A stretch of DNA of 64,000 nt, from positions 160,001 through 224,000 of the forward strand of contig JAPDKB010000002.1 in the NCBI GenBank assembly GCA_029258795.1. Direction: 5' to 3'. Below are positions 1 through 10,118 of this stretch, one piece after another. This stretch comes from an archaeon (GTDB taxonomy: Archaea > EX4484-52 > WAPT01). The notes beneath the pieces were generated by a model that saw nothing but the letters and a program-made list of their open reading frames with translations, did not search any database and was not told the DNA's origin. Position 1 is the stretch's first letter. Each line of letters opens with the position of its first letter. Made by a program: the position numbers and the translations under genes.

Positions 1-3000
1 CATCCACACTACAACCATTTCCAGGCAAAAACACCCAGTATGCCTTTCCTTTCTCCAGGGTATCTGGATTTACCCATTTCCCATCTTCAGGTTGCCAGTA
101 ATACACAAAATTTTTAGGGATATTACATTTCTCCATGATCACTTCCACGCTTTGCCCTGTTCCCGGTATCAAATTCCAACCATTTACCAGCCCAACTCTT
201 TCAATCTCAAAATCCTTGGGGCTTCCGACAACACAATCTTTTGACGAATACACATAATAACCACGGTTTGGTTGGATCTTTTTATTGCATATGAATGCTT
301 GTCTCCTGCTATCCCACGTCCAGAAATAACACCCATCACGGCTTTTCAAATCACAGCCCGCGTTCTCAAAATCCTTTACTTCCAACTCGACTGGTGAGGA
401 AATTAGGTTCCATCCCTGTTTTATCGGTAGCTGAACCACAACCTCTTCTGGTGTGGGAATTTCCGGGGTAATTTCAGGAGGCATTGGGATTTCTGGCTCT
501 TCTACTTCCCCTTTTTCCTCCTCAGCACAGGTCACACAGTAATAATACTCATGTCCTCTGGAATCCTTACACGGCTTATCAAGCTTTACATAATTGCCTC
601 TTCCATCACACTCATATTCCCAAATTTCCACTGATCCGCACCAGTATTCATTTCCGTACTCTTGTTTGCAAGAAATAAACTCTTTGATTTCTTTTTTCTC
701 TTCAGCTCCACCTTCGGAGGACTCTTTTTCACTTTCGCCACCCGTATTATCGCTCTTACTATCCTTCTCTGAAGCTGCTGAAGACTCTAGAAGGAGTGTT
801 ACGCTGCATTTGGTGTATATTATATTGCATATTTCCGTGCCGCTGAAACTGCATGCGCCATCCACATCATAGAGCATTATCATACTATCGTACTGACGGT
901 CAGGTTGGATAGAAAGAACCTTTATTTTTATTCCGCCCACCTCTGCACTCTCCCCTTCACTCAGCTCAAGAGCAGATTTCTGGTCGTTTACTCTAACACC
1001 CATTTTTGCGAATAATCCTTCCCTTAATCCCTCGTCTTCCCACCTATGTTTTTCAGTATTTTTATATTCAGCAACGGCAACCAAAGACAGCATTATTTCC
1101 TTGCCACCAAATTCCATCTTTTTGTCTTGGTTGCATGATATTGTTAGTGTTTTTAAGTTACCGCCCTCGTTCGTATCTACACCTTTTTGAGTTTCTTGAT
1201 TTTTATTCTCTTCGGATTTTTCGGGCCCGTTTTCGCACTCTCGCTTCTCCACAACCCACTTCGTATTTGTTATCTCGTAATGGCATTTTCCTTTTTTAAT
1301 CTTCCAGATTTTACCCTTGCATTCATATTTTCTGTATTCCATCTTTCTCTCCGTAATTTTACAATTACCATCAGTTCTAACTCTTGTGTTTGAGGTAGAG
1401 TACCACTTACTCGGTGGGCAATCCTTATCCTTGCTGCACCGCATAGACTGCTTATTTTGATCTCCTTTTTCATTTTCCTTTCTTTCTTCTCCACCACTCT
1501 TCCTTTCACTTCCCTCTGAACCGCTTCCGCAACCCAAGCGCTTAACTTTTATTTCTACATACCCGTCCAAATAATCTATTTTGCATATCTCACCCTCCCC
1601 ACCTTTAGAACATACACCGTTTCCCGAATCATAGTATTCAACGTAATAATCCTCCTTAGGTTCCAAGGAAAGTACCTTGAACTCCCAGTCGCCTTCTCTG
1701 AAAACATTACCTTCTCTTACCGTATGGGTGTGTGTAGACTTTTCGTCAAAGACAAAGATATCCGTAAGCAGACCTTCTTCAGCCCAATCAATTTTCTCAG
1801 TGTCCACTTGTTTGAAGATGGACATCAATTGAATCTCGACACTTTTCCCTTCCAATTCAATTTTCTTTCTTTCAAACATCCGAATTTTAACTGTTTTCTC
1901 GCATTCGGATTTTGCTGGCTCTGATCCCACGTCAACCCAGCGCTTTCTGTATACTACCATGCAACGACCGCCATGATAATGAACATACTCCCCAACACAT
2001 CTGTATTTTTTGTAAACTTCCAGCCTTTGTTTTTTCATAACATTTCCCTTACGTACCGTTCTATACACATCCGTCGGATACCAACCGCTCTTACCACAGT
2101 CAGAGGCTCTCCAGCACCTTTTTCTAGGATAATCTGTTATGTTGACTTTTATTTTTGCTTTTGAAACATATTTTCTGCCTGCCTCTACACTTACTTCAAT
2201 TTCATTATCCTCATAAATGGCTGGCAGACTGTCTCTACATACGACTTCTTTCATCTCGTTTACCTTCAGAAATCTCGGATAATTGATAGTATCGCATGTG
2301 ACTCCGTTGAGGCGAAGAGTATATTCTGTATTGACGGACCCTGTATTTTTCAACTTTACTCTGATATCGAATTCTCTCCATAGCTCATCCCATCTAACCC
2401 TGATCTCCTTGGGCTCCACATCCATAATCTCCACTCTGTTATTACAACCATATCTTATTTCAAATTCATTTTTCATTTCATCAATAGAAGTTCCAGCTAT
2501 ATACCACCAATAGTCATAGAGAGGCCTATACTTACCTTTATACCATACCCAACTTATATGTGGTTGCAGGTAAGCAACATCTTCCTCGCCATCCATCATC
2601 ACCATTACCCAATGTTTTGGTAGTGAGCTAGTTCGCGTCGGGCACCTCAGCACATCCCATTTAGTCCCACAACTATCCGTCCAAGTTTCAACATAATCGC
2701 ACACAGTGTTTATGCAATCTTCTCTAAGTTTTCTGTCGCTATTCCATTTCGCAGAATACACACATTCCTCCGGATTTCTCTTTCTGATTTCGGGTGGTTT
2801 AACTTCTTTCTCGACCACTTCCAGTTTTATTTTAGCACTCTGATCATTTTTATTATAACATTTGGCATCCAAAAGTGTGACTTTTAAATCAAAATTATAT
2901 CCTTCAGCAACTGCGTGTCCTCCCTTATCTAGAATTGCAACATCCGAAAATTTATCAAACTTAAATCTGTACTTTCTGTTACGATTCCACCAGGAAGTAC

Positions 3001-3799
3001 ATCTCCATAAACAATCCTTTCCCAAAAACTCGATTGTGAAGGAAACTCCATTAAGAGTAACGGTTTTTCTTTCATGAACTCTTTCAAACTCAACTATGAT
3101 TTCTTTTCCTTCTAACCCATTATTGCTCGTATCTCCTGATTTGGATGGTTCTCCCGGTCCCGATGTTTCTTCTGGAGGTTCCGCGTAAGCAAATTTCACA
3201 TAATCAACTTTTATCTCAACATAATGATCATGCATATTACAATATTGCTTGCTTAAATCCTCAATTACTATCTTTAAATCTACTTCTTTTCCCGCGTACT
3301 TTGAAACATCTACCGAATACTCGCCTGATTTTTTATGGCCTTTTACTCCAGGTGTGTGGAACTTTAATACCCACTCATCATTTATTTTTATTCCAGTATA
3401 CCCTCCATACTCCTTTTCAACAACTTCCACATATGTTACCAGATACTTGGCGTTCTTAGGAACGTAGACTCTTTGTTTTAGCCCCGCTTCACCACAATAA
3501 CCTCCTTCACCATTAGTTCCCGATATAATTATTGCTTTTCCGTCCTTTATAGATATCTCTCCAGGCACATCGTTAGTTGTGCACCCAGAAGTTGGTACGT
3601 TATCACAAGAATCTATGGGTCTCTCAAATTTTTCCCAGCCTTTGCCATCGTTCAATCCATCATTGGGGTCAGAAAAATCATAGTTAACTATTCCCTCTAA
3701 CGAGGTACTTGATGAAAAACTCAGTGATGGGAACATAAGCGCTACAATAAATATTATCGATAAGTATATCGCCATCTGATTAAGGTTAGAACGGCACAT
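1..3799 (-). CDS. Large secreted/surface Cys-rich repeat protein (>1266 aa; 3' end beyond the window) with C-terminal tandem GWNLI-type repeats
   Basis: Manual translation from ATG at 3799 (GAGGGGG RBS-like upstream) stays open to base 1. N-terminal hydrophobic signal (IYLSIIFIVALMFPSLSFS), duplicated Cys modules, and GWNLISSP...RGYYVY / GWNLIPG...GKAYWVF repeats. Absent from the ORF track, probably because there is no stop codon in the window. Confidence 0.9.
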   Translation of the reverse strand, partial: MCRSNLNQMAIYLSIIFIVALMFPSLSFSSSTSLEGIVNYDFSDPNDGLNDGKGWEKFERPIDSCDNVPTSGCTTNDVPGEISIKDGKAIIISGTNGEGGYCGEAGLKQRVYVPKNAKYLVTYVEVVEKEYGGYTGIKINDEWVLKFHTPGVKGHKKSGEYSVDVSKYAGKEVDLKIVIEDLSKQYCNMHDHYVEIKVDYVKFAYAEPPEETSGPGEPSKSGDTSNNGLEGKEIIVEFERVHERKTVTLNGVSFTIEFLGKDCLWRCTSWWNRNRKYRFKFDKFSDVAILDKGGHAVAEGYNFDLKVTLLDAKCYNKNDQSAKIKLEVVEKEVKPPEIRKRNPEECVYSAKWNSDRKLREDCINTVCDYVETWTDSCGTKWDVLRCPTRTSSLPKHWVMVMMDGEEDVAYLQPHISWVWYKGKYRPLYDYWWYIAGTSIDEMKNEFEIRYGCNNRVEIMDVEPKEIRVRWDELWREFDIRVKLKNTGSVNTEYTLRLNGVTCDTINYPRFLKVNEMKEVVCRDSLPAIYEDNEIEVSVEAGRKYVSKAKIKVNITDYPRKRCWRASDCGKSGWYPTDVYRTVRKGNVMKKQRLEVYKKYRCVGEYVHYHGGRCMVVYRKRWVDVGSEPAKSECEKTVKIRMFERKKIELEGKSVEIQLMSIFKQVDTEKIDWAEEGLLTDIFVFDEKSTHTHTVREGNVFREGDWEFKVLSLEPKEDYYVEYYDSGNGVCSKGGEGEICKIDYLDGYVEIKVKRLGCGSGSEGSERKSGGEERKENEKGDQNKQSMRCSKDKDCPPSKWYSTSNTRVRTDGNCKITERKMEYRKYECKGKIWKIKKGKCHYEITNTKWVVEKRECENGPEKSEENKNQETQKGVDTNEGGNLKTLTISCNQDKKMEFGGKEIMLSLVAVAEYKNTEKHRWEDEGLREGLFAKMGVRVNDQKSALELSEGESAEVGGIKIKVLSIQPDRQYDSMIMLYDVDGACSFSGTEICNIIYTKCSVTLLLESSAASEKDSKSDNTGGESEKESSEGGAEEKKEIKEFISCKQEYGNEYWCGSVEIWEYECDGRGNYVKLDKPCKDSRGHEYYYCVTCAEEEKGEVEEPEIPMPPEITPEIPTPEEVVVQLPIKQGWNLISSPVELEVKDFENAGCDLKSRDGCYFWTWDSRRQAFICNKKIQPNRGYYVYSSKDCVVGSPKDFEIERVGLVNGWNLIPGTGQSVEVIMEKCNIPKNFVYYWQPEDGKWVNPDTLEKGKAYWVFLPGNGCSVD

Positions 3800-3898
3800 A
3801 TAAACCGCCCCCTCGTAAATAGTATTTCAATTGTATGGCTATTGCCTGATTATCCATATATTTTTTCCCTCTATATATATTTTTCTATTTTCCCTTAA

Positions 3899-4280
3899 GA
3901 GACCGTTTTAATAAGCACGTCCCCTTTAACAACATTCCACTAAAACATAACCTCTATTGCACCACAAACCAAGCAAATACAGAACACGCTTAACCAATAA
4001 TTGCCATCCAATCTCAAACTACAGGCAATTATTAAAATTAAACTTCATAGTCATAAACTTAAAAGATCTGAACACCTGCTCCACACAATTTTTCTTTCCA
4101 AAAGTTACACGTTTCATTTTAATTCCATCCTTCTACAAAACCTGCTTATAACACGCATTTAACATCTGCAGCATCATTATGAAATATCGTGTGTTGTTAA
4201 CCTTTACCCTGCTTTCATCCATAGCAATACGTGTTCTATCTTTTCTTTTCCATTTTAACTTTAAAGCTACGCGGTTCATC
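3899..4280 (-). pseudogene. Degraded IS6-family transposase fragment
   Basis: Minus strand reads RTRIAMDESRVKVNNTRYFI, then (frameshift) AADVK, then YKQVL*KDGIKMKRVTFGKKNCVEQVFRSFK...KFNFNN. This matches archaeal IS6 motifs (IAVDET.VKV, TFG.RN.VE..FR) with an internal deletion, a stop and a frameshift. Confidence 0.65.
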
Positions 4281-4375
4281 TTTAATTGAAAATTGATCGT
4301 TGTTATCTCGAAAAATAAAAATGGAAAAAAAGAAAACGTTCCTACACTTTCAAATCTACATCTCTACATCCGGAT

Positions 4376-4663
4376 TCACTTCTTAAAAGCTTCCACGAGG
4401 TTCAGCAGCGCTCCAACCACAACGAACACTGCTCCAAGCGCTGCCAGTACACCCTGCACCTGTGTTATTGTCTGGGCAGAACCCTGAGCCACTGCCGCAA
4501 ACACTCCGATAGCAGCGGCCATGAAAAACAGCATTGCTGCTACCGTAAAGTACTTCCAGTCAAGCTTCGGCAATGCGCTGTACTTCCAGAGCACACCGAG
4601 CACTGCTATTACGAGGAGTGCTCCAAGAGGTGTAGCCATTGTAAGCAAGTTTTCCACCGCCAT
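4376..4663 (-). CDS. Small membrane protein (3 predicted TM helices)
   Basis: 95 aa with three hydrophobic stretches; GGTGA RBS upstream. Confidence 0.75.
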   Translation of the reverse strand: MAVENLLTMATPLGALLVIAVLGVLWKYSALPKLDWKYFTVAAMLFFMAAAIGVFAAVAQGSAQTITQVQGVLAALGAVFVVVGALLNLVEAFKK

Positions 4664-4752
4664 TTTATCACCTGTTGTTTAGTGAGCTTTTAATTCCTTT
4701 TATATGTTTTTCACCTTTCAGGCAATTACATCGTTTATTGACGAATATAGAA

Positions 4753-6153
4753 TCACGGAGATTTCATGAAATCTGCGAGAGTTCCGGACAATTTTCCTGA
4801 TTTTTCGCTTTTTATTTTATTATTTGTATCATTTTCATTATTATCTACAGAATCTTCCGTTGATAATGAATCCGAATCATCTTCATTTGTTTCATGGTTA
4901 GATTTCTTACTATCTTTTAATTCATTATCAACTTTCATTGATTTTATAAGTCTTTCCGCTTCTTCCAGCTTACCTTCCCCTAGAATTTCAACCAATTCTA
5001 TGAATTCGATTGGAAGTTTGGAATCCCTCAACTTTTTCTCCATTATTTTTACAAATATTGACTCAACACTTTCAGAATCCTTGATGGCATCCAGGAACTT
5101 TTCTCTCTTTTGAATTTCATCTTTGGTTATGAGTTTTTTCGCTATCGTCACTATCGCCTGATTTTCAAACATTCTCACAACCTCTTCAAGCCCCATGGCT
5201 TTGATGTTCTCATTAACAACACCTGTCACCACAACCCTAATAAGCGGTGGCTTGCCAGCATCTTTAACCTCTTCAAGCTTTTTAGTTATGGCAGAGATAA
5301 CAGCTTCCTTTATTTCTTTTCCAGTTTTCCCGCTCGCATCCATCTCGATGTAAAATGCTTTTCTTACACTCTCCAGCTTTTCCTTTTCCAGTTTTCCAGT
5401 TTCTGTGTCATAAAAGTAGATGTATTTAGGAATGGCGGCCTCCGTTTTTCTGACCTGCGTGGTTGTCGTGCTTCCGGGGATCAGAAAGAGTGTGTTTCCT
5501 ATTCTGGTTTCATTCGCCCAGTGAATGTGTCCATCCACGATTAAATCGAAACCTTTTGGTAAATCCTCCAGCGTCAGCGTGGGGTTATCATCATCCATAT
5601 AAACAAAGCCCTTGACGGACTGGTGAAACATGAGTATGTTCTTCATACCTTCCAGCGGTTTTGGTCTCAGCTCGCGGAAAACCTCTCTTGCATATATCTC
5701 GGGTACGCCAGAGATGCCGTGCACAGCCACCCTCTCTCCGTTTTTTTCAACTATCGCCACATCTCCGTGAAGGCAGATGAGATATCCTGCTTCCTCCAGC
5801 AGCTCCACGGGGTTGACGCTTCCTTTAGTTCTTCTTTCATGCGTGCCGTAGATTGCTATAATGGGGAACCCCGTCATTGCAAGAGGGTTTGGCTTTCTGT
5901 CAGGGTCTCGCTTCCTCACCTCCACTATTCGCGCTTCACTCTTTCTTATCTTCATCTCTCTGAATATCTTGATGGCTCTTGCAAAAACTTCCTGCTTCGG
6001 CACTTTCATGTCAAAAATATCTCCTGCAAGAATGAGGACATCAGCTTTACTCGCTTTCTCCACGACCCCCATCGCAGCTTCAAAACTGTCCTCCTGCCTC
6101 TTTCCGTTCCAGTCGTAGCCAAAATGAAGGTCAGAAGCTATGGCTATGCGCAT
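4753..6153 (-). CDS. mre11: Mre11/SbcD-family DNA repair nuclease
   Basis: Metallophosphoesterase motifs DLHFG, AGDIFD, GTHE, FHQ, GHIH, PGS; acidic C-terminal tail. Confidence 0.9.
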   Translation of the reverse strand: MRIAIASDLHFGYDWNGKRQEDSFEAAMGVVEKASKADVLILAGDIFDMKVPKQEVFARAIKIFREMKIRKSEARIVEVRKRDPDRKPNPLAMTGFPIIAIYGTHERRTKGSVNPVELLEEAGYLICLHGDVAIVEKNGERVAVHGISGVPEIYAREVFRELRPKPLEGMKNILMFHQSVKGFVYMDDDNPTLTLEDLPKGFDLIVDGHIHWANETRIGNTLFLIPGSTTTTQVRKTEAAIPKYIYFYDTETGKLEKEKLESVRKAFYIEMDASGKTGKEIKEAVISAITKKLEEVKDAGKPPLIRVVVTGVVNENIKAMGLEEVVRMFENQAIVTIAKKLITKDEIQKREKFLDAIKDSESVESIFVKIMEKKLRDSKLPIEFIELVEILGEGKLEEAERLIKSMKVDNELKDSKKSNHETNEDDSDSLSTEDSVDNNENDTNNKIKSEKSGKLSGTLADFMKSP

Positions 6154-6188
6154 GATTATAAGAATTAAACACGAGCTTTTTAATGTGT

Positions 6189-6764
6189 TTAGTTAACACC
6201 AAAAAGCTTTCCAATCGCTCTTATAGACCTGCCCAACCAGCTGCTTTCAAACTTAAGCTTTCCGTAAGCGCTCGCGAGCTTTTCAATAGCATTCTCATCA
6301 TATTTCCCGTCCTTTTTCTTAACCGTGTCCAGTGCCAGCTGTAGCATCAGAACGTTTCTGTCGTTGGGTTTGAGGTACTGAATCACATTTTCAAGTCTTT
6401 CCGTAGCATCATGGTCATAATTCTCGAGAATGAAGGTGACCTGAAGTGGGTAGCGCAGCTCTCTTTCTTTTTTAACATCCTCTAAAATTTTGTTGTAACA
6501 CGCTTCCCTGAACTCTATCGCTTTATCTTCCATGCCAGCACGCTTTGCGATACAGTATAACGTGTCCAGAATGTGATCATCATCATACACAAATTTTCTC
6601 AAATCATTCCAGCTTTCCATATCGGCCAGAAAGCTTTGGAGGAACTCTTTTGCCTTCTCTCCCTCCGCATTCCTGTAGTTGTAAACTTCAAAGGCCCTTT
6701 CACGCACCTTTTTCATTTTCTGCAATCTTTCATTCATAGAGTTTCTTCTGTAAACTTCCTGCAT
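6189..6764 (-). CDS. Hypothetical helical protein
   Basis: Open frame in the same-strand run between the DUF4184-like gene and mre11; start uncertain (6764 or 6737). Confidence 0.65.
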   Translation of the reverse strand: MQEVYRRNSMNERLQKMKKVRERAFEVYNYRNAEGEKAKEFLQSFLADMESWNDLRKFVYDDDHILDTLYCIAKRAGMEDKAIEFREACYNKILEDVKKERELRYPLQVTFILENYDHDATERLENVIQYLKPNDRNVLMLQLALDTVKKKDGKYDENAIEKLASAYGKLKFESSWLGRSIRAIGKLFGVN

Positions 6765-6768
6765 AGAA

Positions 6769-7242
6769 TCATTTTGCTGTCTTCGAAATTTTAAAAGGAT
6801 TTTCACTTCTAAGGAGCAGCAAAACTAAACCCACTACCATAGATAGCACACAGAAGCTGTAAATTGGTAGAACTGCCCCAGCTCCGATGAAGAAAGGGTT
6901 GTTTTCAAATGGGAAAAATGGCATCATATCTTCGTATAGGAAAGAATCCAGTATAACGTGGCTCAATGTGCCGATGAATGAGCTTATGAAAATAATTTTG
7001 AAGCTCTCTTTTTTCCAAAATTTTTCGATAGCTTTAGCAAGCACGAATGCCAGAACCACAGCTCCAATAAACGTGTGCAGATAGCCATGCATCGGGTAAA
7101 ATTCAGTGGCGTTTAGCATAATAACCAGTAAGGTCTCGAGGTCTATAATCATTGAACCAAGTAAAAGCGCATGGAAATTCAGGTTTCTTTTTATTCCATA
7201 TGCAAGCACAGCTATGCCTGTATGAAAAGGTGTGAAAGGCAT
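6769..7242 (-). CDS. DUF4184/YdjM-like membrane metal-dependent hydrolase
   Basis: MPFTPFH start, GS.IID, HGYLHT and SHVILD motifs; hydrophobic helices. Confidence 0.75.
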   Translation of the reverse strand: MPFTPFHTGIAVLAYGIKRNLNFHALLLGSMIIDLETLLVIMLNATEFYPMHGYLHTFIGAVVLAFVLAKAIEKFWKKESFKIIFISSFIGTLSHVILDSFLYEDMMPFFPFENNPFFIGAGAVLPIYSFCVLSMVVGLVLLLLRSENPFKISKTAK

Positions 7243-7298
7243 GCGAAAGTGTTTAACGCCATTAGTTTTAAATATTTCCCGCGGTTTATCTAACCTTC

Positions 7299-8783
7299 AT
7301 GGCGTCTGAAAAGAAGAATGAGAAAAAAGAAGAGTTAGGGATTACGGTAAGCAAGGATGAAAACTTCTCCGAGTGGTTCAGCCAGGTTGTGTTCAAATCT
7401 GATCTTGCAGATATAAGGTACGGTTTGCAGGGCTTTATAGTTCATCGCGAGTGGGGCACACTCATCCTCCGCAAAATTTACGAGATGCTTGAAAGAGAGG
7501 TGGAGAAGGACAACCACTTACCCGTGCTTTTCCCCATAGCAATACCCAAGCACTTTTTTGAAAAGGAAAAAGAGCATGTTGAGGGCTTTGCCCCAGAAGT
7601 TTTTTGGGTTACTGAAGCTGGAGATGATAAACTTGCTGAACCGTTTGCTTTAAGGCCAACAAGCGAGACCGCTTTCTATTCCATGTATTCTTTATGGATA
7701 AGGAGCTGGAAAGACCTGCCCTTCAAGAGATACCAGAGCAGGATATGTGTTTACCGTTATGAAAGCACGACACGTCCATTCCTGAGAGGCAGGGAGTTCC
7801 TTTTTTTCGAGACGCATGACGCCTTCAGGACGCATGAAGAAGCGCTAAAACAGGTAAGAAAGGATATGGAGATTTTGAAGAATGTGGTAGAAGAAAAGTT
7901 ATTTATCCCCTTTATATTTTTCCGCAGACCCCAGTGGGACAAGTTTGCTGGAGCGGATGATACGTATGCTGCCGATACCGTCATGCCGGATGGCAAAATT
8001 AGTCAGATAGGCTCGACACATGATTTGGGTCAGAGATTCAGCAGAGCTTTTGAGGTCAAATTTAAGGATAAGGACGAGAAGGAAAAATACGTCTATTTAA
8101 CCTGTTTTGGTCCGGGAATCTGGCGCATCATGGCAGCGCTGATAGCTTTGCACGGCGATGACAAGGGGCTTGTGCTGCCGTCAAGTGTTGCACCGTATCA
8201 TGCGGTCATTGTGCCAATTTATTTCAAAGGGAAGGAAGGGGTTGTGGATGAAGCCGCAACCAAGCTTAAAGAAAAGCTGGAAGCTGCAAGATATCGTGTG
8301 ATTTTTGATGATGATAAGGACAAGACGGCTGGCTTCAAATTCTACAAATGGGAGCTTTACGGCGTGCCTGTGAGGATAGAGATAGGTCCAAGGGATGTGG
8401 AGAATGGTACGGCTGTACTTGTAAGGCGTGCTGATGGAGGGAAGGTTGTGGTTGAAGTTGAGAAAGTGGGGGATGAGCTCAAAAAGCAGCTGGAAGAGAA
8501 CGACAAGATTATTAAGAAAGGAAGTATGCGCTACCACAAAATACACGAGGCAAAAACGCTGGAGGAGGTTAAAAAGCTTGCCGATAAAGGAGGTTTCATC
8601 AAAGCTCCGTTCTGTGGGGTGGATGAAAAAGCTGAAAGCTGCGCTGACAAGCTGCAGGAGATGACAGCTCTGAAGGTCAGAGGCGTGCCTCTCGATAGTA
8701 AAGAGAATCCCGGCAAAGATGATAGGTGCATAATCTGCGGGAAGAAAGCCAAGGTTTTGGTTTATTTGGCAAAAGCTTACTGA
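7299..8783 (+). CDS. proS: Prolyl-tRNA synthetase (archaeal/eukaryotic type)
   Basis: EKEHVEGFAPE, LRPTSET, FLRGREF, C-terminal Zn Cys motifs and terminal KAY. Confidence 0.97.
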   Translation: MASEKKNEKKEELGITVSKDENFSEWFSQVVFKSDLADIRYGLQGFIVHREWGTLILRKIYEMLEREVEKDNHLPVLFPIAIPKHFFEKEKEHVEGFAPEVFWVTEAGDDKLAEPFALRPTSETAFYSMYSLWIRSWKDLPFKRYQSRICVYRYESTTRPFLRGREFLFFETHDAFRTHEEALKQVRKDMEILKNVVEEKLFIPFIFFRRPQWDKFAGADDTYAADTVMPDGKISQIGSTHDLGQRFSRAFEVKFKDKDEKEKYVYLTCFGPGIWRIMAALIALHGDDKGLVLPSSVAPYHAVIVPIYFKGKEGVVDEAATKLKEKLEAARYRVIFDDDKDKTAGFKFYKWELYGVPVRIEIGPRDVENGTAVLVRRADGGKVVVEVEKVGDELKKQLEENDKIIKKGSMRYHKIHEAKTLEEVKKLADKGGFIKAPFCGVDEKAESCADKLQEMTALKVRGVPLDSKENPGKDDRCIICGKKAKVLVYLAKAY

Positions 8784-8840
8784 GGCACAGTAAGTTTTTT
8801 ACCAAACCCTTATAAAGCTTGACGCTATTACACTTCTGTT

Positions 8841-9689
8841 ATGAGTGTGGTGAGGACAATATTTAATTACTTCAAGCTGACATTTTTGCTTGCACTTCTG
8901 GCAGGCATATTTCTTGCTGTAGGTTATTATTTTGGCGGGACAGCGGGCATGACCCTAGCTTTAATTCTCGCCATCGTGATGAACTTCATGGCATACTGGT
9001 TCTCCGATAGGATAGTGCTTGCGATGTATGGTGCCAAGCCGCTAAAAGATGAGCGCGTGGAGAGAATTGTAAGGAAGCTTGCAAAGGAAGCGGGTATAGA
9101 AATGCCGAAGCTGTATGTGGTGGAAAGTGCTCAGCCAAATGCATTTGCAACCGGCAGGAGCAAGAAGAGGTGCGCTATAGCGGTAACCACAGGGCTTCTC
9201 GAGCTGCTGGGTGATGATGAACTTGAGGGTGTGCTGAGCCATGAAGTGGCGCATATAAAAAACAGGGACATTCTGGTATCAACGATAGCCGCTACACTGG
9301 CTGCAGCGATAAGCTACATAGCCGAGATGCTCTGGTGGAGCACCATTTTCAGCAATGACGATGAAAGTCCCCCGGTCTGGGCAGTTATTCCAGTCATTTT
9401 GCTGGCACCTCTTGCCGCAACGCTGATTCAACTTGCCATCTCTCGAAGCAGGGAGTTCTCGGCTGATGAGACAGGAGCAAATCTCTGCCGCAAACCCAAA
9501 GCTCTGGCTTCAGCACTTAGAAAAATTGCAGGATATGCCGCCAGAATTCCGATGGAAAAAGGCACGGCAGCCACATCTCACATGTGGATAGTCAATCCCT
9601 TCAGTCAGAGCAGCTTACTCATAAAGCTCTTCTCCACCCACCCGCCTGTAGAGGAGCGGATAAAACGACTTGAAAGCATGAAAATTTGA
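8841..9689 (+). CDS. htpX: Zinc metalloprotease HtpX (M48)
   Basis: PNAFATG, HEVAH, SRSREFSADE, LFSTHPP..ERI. Confidence 0.95.
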   Translation: MSVVRTIFNYFKLTFLLALLAGIFLAVGYYFGGTAGMTLALILAIVMNFMAYWFSDRIVLAMYGAKPLKDERVERIVRKLAKEAGIEMPKLYVVESAQPNAFATGRSKKRCAIAVTTGLLELLGDDELEGVLSHEVAHIKNRDILVSTIAATLAAAISYIAEMLWWSTIFSNDDESPPVWAVIPVILLAPLAATLIQLAISRSREFSADETGANLCRKPKALASALRKIAGYAARIPMEKGTAATSHMWIVNPFSQSSLLIKLFSTHPPVEERIKRLESMKI

Positions 9690-9713
9690 ATTTTTGGCAT
9701 TATTCGTTCTTCC

Positions 9714-10118
9714 ATGGAATATGAAGAATACGTATTTCCTAGCCCCAAAGCAAAAGCCCGCAAGAAACTGATGGAGTTGAGGCTTAGTGACTTGTTGATT
9801 GAGGATATAGTTAAGGGGAGACCTGACGGAATGAATCTGGTTAGAATTTTAAATGCTATTACCAATTTCCCGACCGGATTAAAAATCAAAGAAATACTTT
9901 TTTATTTTGAAATAGTAGATAAAGATGCGGAACATACACCGTATGAACTGAGAGAAAAGCTTAAAACGATGAGAGATTCGGGGCTGGTTGTATACAAAAA
10001 CAAAAAATATCGACCTACAGATAAAGGAAAGGGAATTGTGAAAATTGCGCGTGAGCTTTATCCAAATCTTATCAAGGAGCTGGAGGAGGTGTACGGATGG
10101 GTGAGAAATATGGAATAG
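9714..10118 (+). CDS. Putative winged-helix DNA-binding protein
   Basis: C-terminal LKTMRDSGLV...KYRPTDKGK wing motif. Confidence 0.6.
   Translation: MEYEEYVFPSPKAKARKKLMELRLSDLLIEDIVKGRPDGMNLVRILNAITNFPTGLKIKEILFYFEIVDKDAEHTPYELREKLKTMRDSGLVVYKNKKYRPTDKGKGIVKIARELYPNLIKELEEVYGWVRNME

Noticed and set aside
484-3467. Many short plus-strand ORFs in the track
   Set aside because: They are antisense shadows of the long minus-strand ORF at 1-3799
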